Shown piece by piece: positions 1-12,000 of a stretch of 64,000 nucleotides of DNA (position 1 is the first letter of the stretch; each line of letters begins with the position of its first letter). The translations under genes were made by a program, and so were the position numbers. The stretch covers positions 62,436,001 through 62,500,000 of the forward strand of contig CM052817.1 of NCBI GenBank assembly GCA_028534125.1, read 5' to 3'. A model generated the notes under the pieces. It was not told the origin of the DNA and searched no databases. It saw nothing but the letters and a program-made list of their open reading frames with translations. Source of the DNA: Lama glama (Eukaryota).

Positions 1-99
1 GATATGGCATATAAGAAAGATGACTGGACATCATTTGGGATGAGCGAATTTTTAGCCTTGGTAACAGACTAGACTTTAGTGTTAATTTGTTCGGTGACA

Positions 100-500
100 A
101 ACTAAAGTTATCTATACAAAAATCCATTCTCCTCTTCTTCTTTAGTAATTGTATCCTGTATTTTATCTATGTGCCTAATGGAAAGACCGTTCTCTGGCTT
201 CCCCAATATTCATTAAATATGGCCTTGTCACTAATTAAGGGCCAATGAATGTAAGCAGAAATGTGTGTAATTTCAAGGAAAATTCCTTAGAAGATATCTG
301 GCATGTACCTTTCACCTAGTTTTTGTTGTTCTTTCTTGTTCTCTCTCCATATTGCTCCCTGAAAAGTAGATGTGATGGCTGGAGATCTAGCAGCCACTTT
401 GAGGAATGAAAACAAGGGCTACATGCCAGGGATGGATAAGCAGAAACCCGGAAGGAGCCTGAGTTCCCGATGAGTTTTCTACTTGAGAGGATGGAAGTTT
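100..500 (+). mobile_element. Old MaLR LTR (MLT1J-like), degraded
   Basis: Motifs such as AATCCATTCTCCTCTTCTTC, GGCCAATGAATGTAAGCAGAAATG and GATGTGATGGCTGGAGATCTAGCAGCCAC resemble MLT1-family LTRs as recalled; boundaries approximate. Confidence 0.65.
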
Positions 501-511
501 TTATATACAAG

Positions 512-675
512 GGTATTAGGGTTCTTCAAAGAAACTGAACCAGAGGATAGATATAAATATAGGATATCAATACAAGGAGATTTAATATAGGAGTTGGTCC
601 ACAAGGTTGTAGAAGCTGAGAAGTTCCCACCATCTGCCATCTGTTAACTGGAGTATCAGGGAAGTCAATGGTGTT
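512..675 (-). mobile_element. ERVL LTR fragment (MLT2 family)
   Basis: TATTAGGGTTCTTCAAAGAAACTGAACC...GCTGAGAAGTTCCCACCATCTGCCATCTG resembles the reverse complement of an MLT2 3' end; compare the + copy ending at about 40147. Confidence 0.7.
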
Positions 676-769
676 TTTTAAATGTTTCTTGGCACTTTCT
701 TTTTATATGAATTGTATGAATGAATGAGTGTATGTATGAATCTTTCACTATATTCCTTTTCATTATTTT

Positions 770-1930
770 TCTTTTTAAATTTGTTCTTTGTATACTAATA
801 TAATTAGTTCTTTAAATCTCATTATTGCACATACTTTTCTTTCTTAGTGACTTTTTACTTCATATTTTTCATGGAATTAAACTTAATTATTTGGTCATAT
901 TTATTAGCTTTTTTCCCCTTCTTTGTTGTTTCTAGGTTTTATGTCATCCTAATTTCCCTACTTACCACAATTTCTTCTAGAATTCTTATATTATTATTTC
1001 ATTGATTAATTTGTTATAGTTAGTATTTGGATCACTCTGGAGTTGGTTTTTGTATAATAGCATGTTAAGTTGACAATTTCATTTTGTAATTAAAAAAAAA
1101 TTTTGTGTAAGTGTAGAGTCATTTGCCCAACACCATGTTCCAGCATTCTTATTTCTTTATGGATAGTATTTCATATTTTTCATATACTAAGTCCCTATAT
1201 ATATGTGTACATACATACATATATATATATACTTCCATTTTTCACAGTATCTTGAATAATTGGTCTTTCACTCTATAAAGACCAAACTCTTTAATTACTT
1301 GTCATTTTAAAAATATTTTAATATATTTTAGAGACAACTTGTCATTAATAATCTTTTTTGGCACATTCCTGGAAATTTTCCTTTGTTTATTTTTTTACGT
1401 AAACTTTACTCCTGTTTCCTTATCTCCCTTCTCAACCACTCAAGAAAATAGTGTTATTTTGCTTTAGATAACATTTATCTAATTTAGAAGAACTGACATA
1501 GTTAAAATAATGTCTTCTTACCCATTAATCAGATGTATATTTCCATTTTTTGTAATTATTTTTAATGTTCTTTTGTTAGAATTTTAGGATTCTTCATATA
1601 AGGATGTTTCTCACTAAACATTTCCCATTTATTTTGTTAATATTGTAAAAGGTAGCCTTTCTTCATTTGTATTTTTAAATACAAAATAATATAAAAGCTG
1701 CTATGTGGAATTTGACACAACACTGTAAAATGATTATGAATCAATAAAAAATGTAAAAAAATAAATAAAAAAATAAAGTAAAATTAGCTTCTGAATATGA
1801 AAAAAAGCTGCTATGTTTCTATATGCTCATTTCATAACTAACATTTGAATTTATTATTTTTCAAAAATTGTTTGATTCTTTCTTTTGTGTTTTCCAGCTA
1901 TAAAATTTTAGAAGAATAGTAATTTGCAAG
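770..1930 (-). mobile_element. Ancient L1 (L1ME-like) ORF2 remnant
   Basis: T-rich degraded antisense ORF2 motifs (TTTCTTCTAG, GATCACTCTGGAGTTGGTTTTTGTATA, TTTGCCCAACACCAT). Confidence 0.55.
1707..1802 (+). mobile_element. Very short lineage-specific L1 3' end with A-tail and 14-bp TSD
   Basis: GGAATTTGACACAACACTGTAAAATGATTATGAATCAATAAAAA plus A-rich tail; direct repeat AAAAGCTGCTATGT at 1693-1706 and 1803-1816; homologous to the reverse-strand copy at 6452-6525. Confidence 0.8.
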
Positions 1931-2621
1931 TATAAATGTCTGTCTTCTACTCCTCCATCCACGATTCACAGAATTCGCAACCAGCACTACCTGCCAATGC
2001 TGAAAGAACTGAGTCATTCAGTGAGGAAACAAAAGAAAGGCTAGAAACAATGAAAACAACGGAGCAGGCTGCAGTTTCAAAAATAAATCAACAGGAGGCT
2101 GGCCAAGAAGGAGCTCTTCGGATGAGAGAGAAAGGACATTCGGAAACTCATCAGTACTTGGAGCTGGATGGAACACTTCTGGGGTCTCTCCATCCTTTCA
2201 GTTGCCCCACCTAAAAGAGATGAAGTGACTTACCTAGATGGCAAAATTGGGAAATATAAACTGAACAGACTAGGCTCAGCTCCTCTCTCTTCCTTTTGGG
2301 AATGAACATCGCACAGGCAGCTGGACTTCCTCTGCTCTTCTCATTCTATGACCCCAGCCTGTGGGTCCTGCATTGCCTGTGACTGAGAAGGTAAGTCTCT
2401 TATTCCTGGGTTAGGAGACAAAATTTGCTCTCACACTGAAATATCTTTTAATGGAAACTTTACAAAAACAATAATGACATTTTGGCCTCCATTTTTGAAT
2501 TTTGGTCTTATATACCAACTTATTTAGAACCCAGGCAGGAAAGAAATGTAATTTGATTGGGTCTCTCAAAGACCTGCACAAGAATTTGCAGAGATCCTAT
2601 CTTTTTTAGTATTCTCTTTAC

Positions 2622-2871
2622 AGTACACAGTGGTGAAAGTGAGAACTCTGAACTCAACTAAATTGGTTTCACAATCTGGCCACACTATAAGCTCTATTAT
2701 GTGTGGTAAACATCTTCAATAAACTCATTTTAACTGTGAGAAAATGTGCATAATAATGGTACCTACCTATGTAAAAGTGTGCCTGTGAGAATTAAACTGG
2801 ATAACCCATGATAAAATTTAAACAATGAACATTACATGCTAAGCACTCAATAAAATTTGGCCATTATTACT
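2622..2871 (+). mobile_element. MIR SINE
   Basis: CAGTGGTGAAAG start, core ATAATAATGGTACCTACC...TGTGAGAATTAAA, end AAGCACTCAATAAAATTTGGCCATTATTA. Confidence 0.75.
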
Positions 2872-3157
2872 ATGACACAAGGTGGGTTAAGAATAATTAT
2901 AACTGTAAATGAATGTAATCTATTAAAAACAAGAATAGACTAGTTTGTAAAAATCAGGCCACATAATTTGTTCGTGAATTAGGTAAATAAACTAACAGAC
3001 AGTTTGAATTGATCCTAGAAATTCTAGCAGAGTTTATTATCAATAAATCTATAAATATAATATACTTACTTAAAAATATGTTCTATCTAGATTATATAAA
3101 TTTAACAAGATATTTTATATATGTGTTTGTGTGTGTGTATACATATCCACCTCCATT

Positions 3158-3166
3158 GATCTATCT

Positions 3167-3208
<42 letters not shown>

Positions 3209-3221
3209 CATCCATCCATCC
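3158..3221. repeat. (TCTA)n(TCCA)n tetranucleotide microsatellite
   Basis: Directly visible tandem TCTA followed by TCCA units. Confidence 0.95.
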
Positions 3222-4814
3222 ATATCTTCTCTTGGATGCTCTCTGACCTACTATTCCATCTATGAGGTTGACCAGATTCCCAGAGGAGCTCTAGAACATC
3301 TGCCTATTGGGTCATGCCAGGCCCCCGAGCCTGTGCATCAGATCCATGTGAGTGGCCTGGCAAGTAGATAACTCCTGCTGACTGGCATGGTGAGAGTCAA
3401 GCAAGATTGTACTGCCAGAGTGGTACTGACACACTGATTTTGTGTGACTGTCACTCACATAAGATACAGGACAAATTCACGGCTTTTGGCTGCCCATAGT
3501 TCAGCATCAATCCTTGGGTTTGTGTACTGAGCGAGCGTTAACTCTTGTACCTCTGTGTTATGACCATGCTGTTGCGTCCAGTCTTTAGCTCCCATGAGTG
3601 GTAAGAATGGAAGCAGGCATTCTTTGCCCAGTGCACCAGTCATCACTTGTATCTAGGGTGGTCACTACCCCACTCTGCAAACTCCACTCCACCTCTCAGG
3701 CAGCCCTCCTGCGGTGGCAGCTCCTAGCTCTTCCCAGGACTTTGAAATAGTTGCTCTAGATGGCTCTGCAATGCCATCAGGCCCTTCTTACAGATTTCCT
3801 CTTTTGCCCCTAACTGATGCTGCTTTCCTTGGTTAGTCTTTAGATGTGCTACAGGCAGGACAGCCATTCCTTGCATGAATAGGATGGCTCATCTCACTCC
3901 TTCAGTGGCCCCTCTTGCTGGTGGTGATAAGTAGGAGACGGGAATGCAATCTACATGGAAAGAAGCCACATTCTAGAAAAGCAATGATAGCAGCCTAAAC
4001 TGCTCAAGAGAGGACATGTTTGGAAGGAGTGTTGTTTTACATTTATGCCATAAATATGCTAAAGATAAACTGAACATGACCAGAAATATAGTTATTGTTT
4101 ACTTTTACCTGCATACTTTGGTAAGACTTGCATTTGTGGTCATGATAAATAAAACACAGTAACAAATTTTGAGAAGCTAGTGTTCATGGTTGGCAGGATG
4201 CTTCAGCATTCTAAGTAATAGTGTAACCAGAAGTAATTAACTGGTATTAGGAAACTGTTGAGTCAAGAAGATCTATATTATTTCAATATAAACAGATTCT
4301 GGAGAACCACTGCTTTGTGATTAACAACAGGTACTACCTCTTTCTTGAAGAAGCACATACAAAATTAGCTAGAACTTATGTACTCAGCAATAAAGAACAG
4401 GAAGAGATGGTTCTTGGGCATGGAAAAGAATAGACTGTGCCTTTTGAACTCTATCAAGGATCTTCACAAGCTCTGATTTGGCAATAAATGTGTAATTTCC
4501 TCTTCTCTACCCACTATTCTGAATCATCTTTAATAAATCATTATGCCCTGCATGGATCCATGAATATTATGATGCATTTTGGAGTTCTGCAAAAGTATAT
4601 TTGCCTGTGATCCCACACACCATAGGGGTGGCCTTGAGTGGCAGTCTATCAGTAACTCAAATAAAAAGATGTGATATGACTATTTCAAATAATATGAAAA
4701 TATATTTAAAATTTTTTAACCTTTGTTAAAAACATAGTAAAAATTAAATTTAGAATATTTCCTAAACAAAACATCTGTTTCCATCTCAAAGTTATCATCA
4801 TAATTATTGACAAA

Positions 4815-5047
4815 ACATTAAAAGCTGGAGGTAGACAAATTTGGATTTGAGTCCAATTTCTATCCCTTACTGGCTTTTGGTTCCTGGAAATACTTACTGT
4901 TAAAGTCTAAGTTTTCTTATCAGTAAAAATAAGTAAGGCAGTCTTATCTATGTCATAGGATTGTTGTGACAGTTTAGTAAAATATTGCTTGCAGTATACT
5001 TAGCAAAGTGCCTGGAATGTAAGAAGTCAATAAATAATTGTCTATTA
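4815..5047 (+). mobile_element. MIR SINE
   Basis: TCATAGGATTGTTGTGA...CTTAGCAAAGTGCCTGGAATGTAAGAAGTCAATAAAT. Confidence 0.75.
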
Positions 5048-5414
5048 AAACCACCAACACCCAAGCAGAGAAACAACTTTACAAACAATGGGTAAGATAT
5101 AAGGAAAACCATACGATGTCAATGTGTCAAATTCTGAGTAAGTTGAAGGATGCATAGACCTGAATCACGAAACTAAATATTGTGAAGATAGAGTTCTTTC
5201 CTATTCATTTTATATGCTTATGGAATTCTATTCAAATTCCAAATTATTTTAATTTAATTATTCCAATATTTATGTGAAATAGTGTATAGGCCATAAAATC
5301 TTAAGGATTTTGAAAAAAGAATGTAATGATTAATGGCTTGGTCTATCAAGTGTGTGATTATATTATGCTCTAATAATTTAAACTGGGAAGTGTCCACATA
5401 AGAATTAACTTATA

Positions 5415-5577
5415 GGGTATAGCTCAAGTACTAGAGTGCATGCTTAGCACGCATGAGGTCCTGGGTTCAATCCACAGCACCTCCTCTGAAAATAAAGAAA
5501 CTTGATTACCTCCCCCACACCCAGACCCCCCTGCCAAAGTAAAATAATTAAATAATATGATGATAAATAAAATATTA
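5415..5577 (+). mobile_element. tRNA-derived camelid SINE (Vic-1-like) with 15-bp TSD
   Basis: GGGTATAGCTCAAGT (A box), GGTCCTGGGTTCAATCC (B box), A-rich tail; perfect flanking repeat AAGAATTAACTTATA at 5400-5414 and 5578-5592. Confidence 0.9.
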
Positions 5578-5892
5578 AAGAATTAACTTATAATAAAACT
5601 AAAGAGCCTAGAAACAAAATTTTTAGCTTACAGAGATGGAGATATACATATAGGTATGTAGGTATGAAATGAACATATCAAAGTAATAAAAATATAGACT
5701 ACTCAATCCATGACAGTGGAAGCATGAAGCGGACAAAATAAAGTTGTATCACCTCTCAGCATTATCTAGTGATGTCTCAAAGACTAAATGACAAAACAGT
5801 AAGTAATTATTTGTAGTACGTAAGCACATGATTGTGTGCAAAGAGTGGAACTATAACAGAAGAGTCTGATACATTGAATAATTACATTTTTG

Positions 5893-5936
5893 GAGGCTGT
5901 TTTTGTTTTGTTTTATGGGGGAGATAATTTGGTTTA
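5893..5936 (-). mobile_element. Severely 5'-truncated Vic-1-like SINE tail with 18-bp TSD
   Basis: TGAATAATTACATTTTTG duplicated at 5875-5892 and 5937-5954; reverse complement of the insert, TAAACCAAATTATCTCCCCCATAAAACAAAAC, resembles the 3' part of the SINE at about 5498-5516. Confidence 0.7.
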
Positions 5937-6451
5937 TGAATAATTACATTTTTGTGTTAAGAGCATTATAAACTAAATTTTAAAAAGCAGTTTTTCCCTA
6001 GTGCATAGTGCCAGCAACATAGGAAGAGCTCAGTAATAACACAAGTGTTCAGTCTTAGGGGAAACTTTTAGTTAGTTATGGTATGTCCATATAATGGAGA
6101 TTTTTTTTTTTTTTTGGCAGCCATTGAAATTATCTTTTAAATAGTTTTTAATTTTTTGAAAATAGTTATAATATACTAAGAAAAAATCTCAAGATATAAA
6201 ATGCATAGTAAGATCATAATTATATCAGAAATGAAAATAATAAAGGGAAATAAATCAAAATTTGATAGCAATTATCTTAAAGTGATTTAAATGTCTTTGT
6301 GCTTTTCTTCATTTATAGGAGATAATTTTTAAAAGACAAAACAGTCAAAGTATATGTCAAATTTATAAACCAGCAATGGAATGCTAATGAAGACAAGAAA
6401 ATTGGGAAAGAAGATACTTTTATTCAAATGGGTAACAGGTAAGAACTTTCT

Positions 6452-6525
6452 TTTTTTTTTTAACATTTTTTTGATTGAGTTATAGTCATTTTACAATGTG
6501 TCAAATTCCACTGTAGAGCACAATT
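6452..6525 (-). mobile_element. Short lineage-specific L1 3' end
   Basis: Poly-T then TTGATTGAGTTATAGTCATTTTACAATGTGTCAAATTCCAC; homologous to 1707-1760; short flanking repeat ACTTTCT. Confidence 0.75.
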
Positions 6526-6779
6526 AAAAACACTTTCTATTTAGAATTTTTTTCAGTTTAAATAACTACAGAGCTTTCAAATACACTTTTTCCCCTGGTA
6601 GATTAGAGAGAATGAAGGAAAGTTAATATTAAAAATAGAGTTGGCAGCACCTTACAGGTGAGAATTAAACCAGTAAATCACATGAGACTCTAGGGGTAAT
6701 CATTTAACTGACTAGAATAGAGCAGTATAGTATTAAACATTAGACCTACATTTACTTTTTGGGTCAAGATAGACATACC

Positions 6780-7100
6780 AGGAAATGAAGTTTGGGGTAT
6801 AAGTGCGTAAGAACATTATTATTATTATTTTAAGTCAAGGTAAGGGAATATCCATGAAGAAACACTTATTTTATGTGGTGGAGAGTTCCAGAGCATGATG
6901 ATACTGAAATTGTCATTAAATTTAGCCAAGTCCTTGATGTGAGAAATTTCAGTTCATTGTTGACGACACAGATTGCAGAAGCATATGGAAGCAATTAGAG
7001 GAAGGTAAATGGAGACTGTGGGTACAGGTTGCATGTTTGTGGAGCTTGACCAGATAAAAGGAATAACACACGATGAGATCTAAAAAAGACAGTGAGGACT
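6780..7100 (-). mobile_element. L2 fragment
   Basis: Purine-rich GGAAGGTAAATGGAGACTGTGGGTACAG...GGAGCTTGACC is typical of antisense L2. Confidence 0.4.
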
Positions 7101-8579
7101 CGGGTATCTTCTTTCAGAGTTGAGGAAATATGAGCATGAAAGAAAGCCGAAGGCGGAGACACAATTGATGATTCTCCAGTGGGGGGTGGGAGGGGGAGTA
7201 TATGAGTAAGAACAGTGTCTCATTATGAGCCAATAACAGGTTCTGTAGCCGCAGCTGAGGGGTTAGATATCTAGATAAGAAGAGAATTCCTCTTCCGCTA
7301 AGTTTAGTGGCAAGGAAGTTCTGATAGGTGTAAAAATTCATCAGAAGACAGGCTGCTGGAATGGGGGGAAGTGTCGTATGTGCAGGCAAGAAGCACTTCA
7401 TCAAATGAGGCTGCCTCTCCAGGCATTAGAGGTATAACCCAAAGACATGCCTAATGTTTGTGGCTTATTAACCTTGTTGGGTCTGTTTCTGCTCAGATCA
7501 ATGGGGATATGATGCATTTTATGTAACTTTCCATATGATTTGGAAAAATTCTGTAAAACATGGGAAATCCCTTGAAAAGCTGTAATGCATTCTTATAGTA
7601 AATAGAGTAATTTTAACATGAAATGAAGTGGGAAAAAGGCTAGATGAGGGCAGATCAAGGTTAAGCATTTTTGAAGAAATTCATTATAAATTTTAGTGTA
7701 GTGCACATCGCCTGAGAGAATGGAAGAGCTGGTGGCCCTGACAGAAGCTTTGTAAATTCCTCTGACAGTCCGCCAACAATCGTGCATTCTGCATGTGATG
7801 CTTTCGATGAGTGCATAACATGCTTGAGCTTAAAAGCTCTTCTTACACATTATCTTCATTTAGCAGTGCTTATGGTGTTTATTAGGCCTCTCGTTTGAAA
7901 ACCTCTCTGAGGCTTCTCCCATGGTGGCCTTTTAGACTTACAGTGCTGGGTACTATGGAAATACCTTATTATCTAGATGCACAGTGGGTCCGTGGGAACA
8001 GAGAGATTCTCATGAACAGAAAGCTCCATAAAACGTCTACAGCATTGTCTTAGGTTGCTTGGAGAAGCTGTATTCATATTCATAACGTATTGCATAATTA
8101 TGAGATCCTGATTTTCATATTTCCCAGTGTGCCTTTTCAACTCTGCTGTATTACCAAATTAAAGGAGACAACACAACTTTACAACATTAGAGTGTTCTGT
8201 TTTGTATGTTACTGTTTGACAGTACTCTATTTTTAATTTGTTCATCATTGATCCTAATAAAGACAAACTGTCATTGTAACCATTGCCCGGAATGCAATAC
8301 ATTAGTTTTATTGCCTCTCTAACAGCTGCTCATGTGTTGCATCCTCTGTCACTCAGTGATGATGTGTCCTTTTCCACACGCAATGCCGGAAAACCTGAGA
8401 GAGTTTACAGCACAGCACCTCCATATGAACCGGATTAGGTAGAGGGAAATCTTACTGTATGTCATCATTTTATTTCTGCTGCTTAGTATAGAAAGGGGAT
8501 ATATAGAAGGAAAGCACTTCATTGTATGTGCTGAATAAGCAAAGAATAAGTATTATGCTTTTTACTAGCTTCGTAATTT

Positions 8580-8680
8580 TTTGCCATTCACCTAAACTCC
8601 CTAGGCCCCAGTTTCCTCATATAGAAACTGAGAATAATAGACAGTACCTTACCTGTCTCTGTAGGAATCAAATAAGCAAA
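8580..8680 (+). mobile_element. MIR core fragment
   Basis: CCCCAGTTTCCTCATATAGAAACTGAGAATAATAG. Confidence 0.6.
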
Positions 8681-9053
8681 CTTTGTATCTCTAGCAAAGA
8701 GATGCAAGGTTTTCACAAACCTCAGCAATGTTCACAACAGTGCCTTAAATCTCAGATTAATGGATATGATAGCTTAAAATTCTATCTTCATTATTTAAAA
8801 ATACTATTTTGTAGAGAAAATTTTGTTTGTATGCCTGTACATATTCACAGGAATCTTTGGAGAGAGCCATGGGATATATTAGGATCAAAGTTTAGGATGT
8901 GATAAGGCAACTCTGTGCCCAAGCTTAGACAAGAAGAGAGCAAAGAAAACTGACCATGCAGCCAGCAGTAGGTTATTAAAGTGGGGTGCTAAATTTCAGA
9001 TTCTCTCTTTTCCTAAGATTTGTCTGAATGGTCAGATGTGCTGCTCAGACTTC

Positions 9054-9069
9054 CTTCTAGGGGGCAGCA
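9054..9069 (+). promoter_or_regulatory. Candidate CTCF site
   Basis: CTTCTAGGGGGCAGCA matches the CTCF core CCACTAGGGGGCAGCA at 14/16. Confidence 0.45.
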
Positions 9070-12000
9070 GTGCCCTGGAATTTTGCCAATATCCTTTGTC
9101 TCTTTAAGCCTGGTTCAGTGACTCAGTTCTTCCTCAAAGTGAAGTCAAAGGAAACAAATGTGCTAATTATGTTATCACATGCTGATACTAGAAAAGGTAA
9201 TAATCTACCCAAAGATGTTAGAAGGAAATGTTGTTAGAGGACATATATATAGAAAACATCAATAAAATGGTACATTTAAGAGACTAATATATTACAAAAG
9301 ACTTTGTTCAGAGGAGAGAAGCCATCATTTCACTCTTGAATGTATTAAGTTTATTTTTATGATCACGTTTAATGTATACTTTATTTCTATTAAAATTAAA
9401 GTTCCTAAAGATAAATGTGTATTTAGGTAATAAAAATTTGAGATATGTGTTTTTAAGTATGTGAGAATTAAAATCTGAACAAAAAACTTTCCCAAGAAGT
9501 GTAAATAATAATTTTTGGAGGAATTGCAAATAGACCTAACTTGGGCTTTCTTGAATTTGCTTTGATTTGTTACAAACATGAATTGGATTGATTATTTTTA
9601 TTTTGAATTGGGACTGTGATTTTATAAAGCAACTCAAAAGTACTGAGCATAAATCAGTTCACAGCTTTTGACATCTATACTGATTGAGACATTAGGCCAT
9701 TGTAAATCTTGACAGCAGGTTATTCATGACTTTTTATTTCTTATCTCACTTGGCCACAGTCAATTTCAGCTTTAATTATAGGGAGCTTATTTAAATATTT
9801 GGAAAGTTTTCTTTTACAGTCTTTAGCTGCTAGACCTTGGTCCCAGACCCTAGGGATAAGGGTTGGGTACTGTGGGCATGATGACTCAGATGACTCTGCT
9901 CGTCTAGCAGGAGGAAGATGGCTCCATTAGTTGCTACTAAAAATTAACCCATAAATGTCTTTCCTTTCCTTACACCATCATTATTTGGAATGAGGAGCAC
10001 CCTCACTTTATCTCATTTGCAAATAAGTTTCCTCTTCATGATAATTTGTCCTGAATGTTTATTTAATGATACTTCAGAATTATGATGGGGATGAGGAGAA
10101 AAAAAATATTGTTTGCCCAGGGCTCTGAACTGTTCTGAAATAACCTCACTTATTATAATATTAGAGAGGAACCTTACTTAATTGTCATTATTTTGCAGAA
10201 TATATGGTAGTGACATAGTCTTTTCTCCAAGGGAGATAAATAGATCAAATGGGAAATATTCTTCTCTAAGTCGTATGTAACTCTTAATTTTTTTCACCAA
10301 GTTATTACTCATCACTTTTAATTGCCAAATCTTAGAGCTATGAAAAAAATACATTACCACTAATCATATAATGAGATCTGATATTATTTATGCAGAACAT
10401 ATTCATTCTTTAACAGCTTTCTTTACTTAGCATTTGGTGAAAGTGTGCAATTATTACCAGAGGAATTTAAATATTCTTCAAACATGCTGTTCCTTTTTTA
10501 ATATTTCCTTCTTGCTTATTAAAAATATTTCATATGCTATTGATGCAACTGGGGTGACACTTTTAAGATGAATTCATAAATGCCCCTGGAGGATCAAGCG
10601 TTACACATGAAATGTGAAATTCTGTCACACTGACATGAATGACTGCTACTCTAATCAACTGACTGACTCCTCTTTTATCAGGTTTTTTTTTAATTAATTA
10701 AATGTAAAGTCTACTATTGGCCTTATAAATAAGTACTCATCTGTTTTCCTTTAATTTCAAATAGATTAAAAGTGAGATTTGGCATTAATTAAAAACTTAA
10801 GAATTTATGGAGATTTTAGTTGCAGACATTTCAGTGGTAAACACGTAGATGACTCAGTTCTGTTTGTTAATAAACAGTTGAACAATGATAAGACAAAATA
10901 TAAATCATTAGCAGGAAAGAGTCACTGGCTCTATTGTCCAAGTATATTGAATCCTGTCTAGCTGGGGACAGATGAGAGAAGAGGCTCAACAGCTCCGGAT
11001 CTCCTTGGGGAATTTTAAACTTTTACAATGACATCTGGAAATTTTACTCTCACTTTCAAAATGTGGATGAGTTTAGGAACATAACAATAAAGTTAAAGAA
11101 AAATCATCTTCAGATTTAATCACTTCTTTAATGGAAATACTTCGACATTACATTCTGCAAATATGATTTCATCTATCTTTTAAGTTGAATTTAGGTTGTA
11201 TGCTGTAACTGATAGGTCTAAGAGGTCCCTGCAAGTTTAATATTTTATTATTTATCATGTTAACCAGAGCCTGTTGCAATATAAGGGCCATCTTCCATGG
11301 CGACTTGTAGCACAGGTATTTTCCAATTAGCATCTTTGCATGTTTTCCTCTGGCATGAGTCAGGTTTAGCCTTGTCACACTGGGCTTTTAAGGAGGGCTC
11401 TATCTTTGCATCCCAGGCTATATGTGTGACAAGATTAAACTAGCACACTTTACAGTATAGCTCTTGTGTTCCTGGCAGTGCTAGCTCTGGCTGATACCTC
11501 TGAGAGAAGGCTCAGCTGTCACTCAGTGACCCATTAACACTACTGTTCCATCATGCAGTGTCATTTTTCTCATTCTCATGGAGATAATGCTCCCTGGAGA
11601 TTGCCAATACCTGCAGGAATGAAAGAGAACAGCAGAGACAGGCTAACTATCAAAGAAGGAGTGAACAACCCAGCAAGACCATGAATTCCAAAAGCAGAAT
11701 TTTAAGTTGAATGAAAAGATGAGGCCCATTTATGATGACTGGTTTGGGGAGGTGGGGGAAAGATTGAGTTAAGAGATATAAGAACTTTTTAATAAGCTAT
11801 TTTCTCCTTCCTGCCTGAATACTAGAAGAAATATCCACAATAACACTTGTAATATGGATACAGAGAAGGCAGCTGCTTTGAACATTTCATAGGGAAATTT
11901 GAGTAAGAATTTAACTATAAACAGGAATTTTGTATTTTATTTGTTTATTTACAAACAAGGGGTGGATACAAAACAGAACATGCATTAAGGTGAATTGCTT

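Larger units (their letters stand above)
5130..6310 (+). mobile_element. Ancient L1 (L1ME-like) 3' ORF2/3'UTR remnant, interrupted by two SINE insertions
   Basis: AATATTGTGAAGAT...ATTCAAATTCC and AAAGAGCCTAGAAAC motifs resemble late ORF2; heavily degraded. Confidence 0.45.

Noticed and set aside
3009..3371. 120-aa ORF
   Set aside because: Kept open by the (TCTA)n repeat (YLSI repeats); non-ATG start; no homology.
3400..3950. GC-richer stretch with a 63-aa minus ORF
   Set aside because: Could be an old LTR-element remnant, but I cannot assign a family or any coding signal.
5415..5485. tRNA gene (also 34434-34507)
   Set aside because: tRNA-like head is followed by an A-rich tail, with a TSD in the first copy; these are SINEs.
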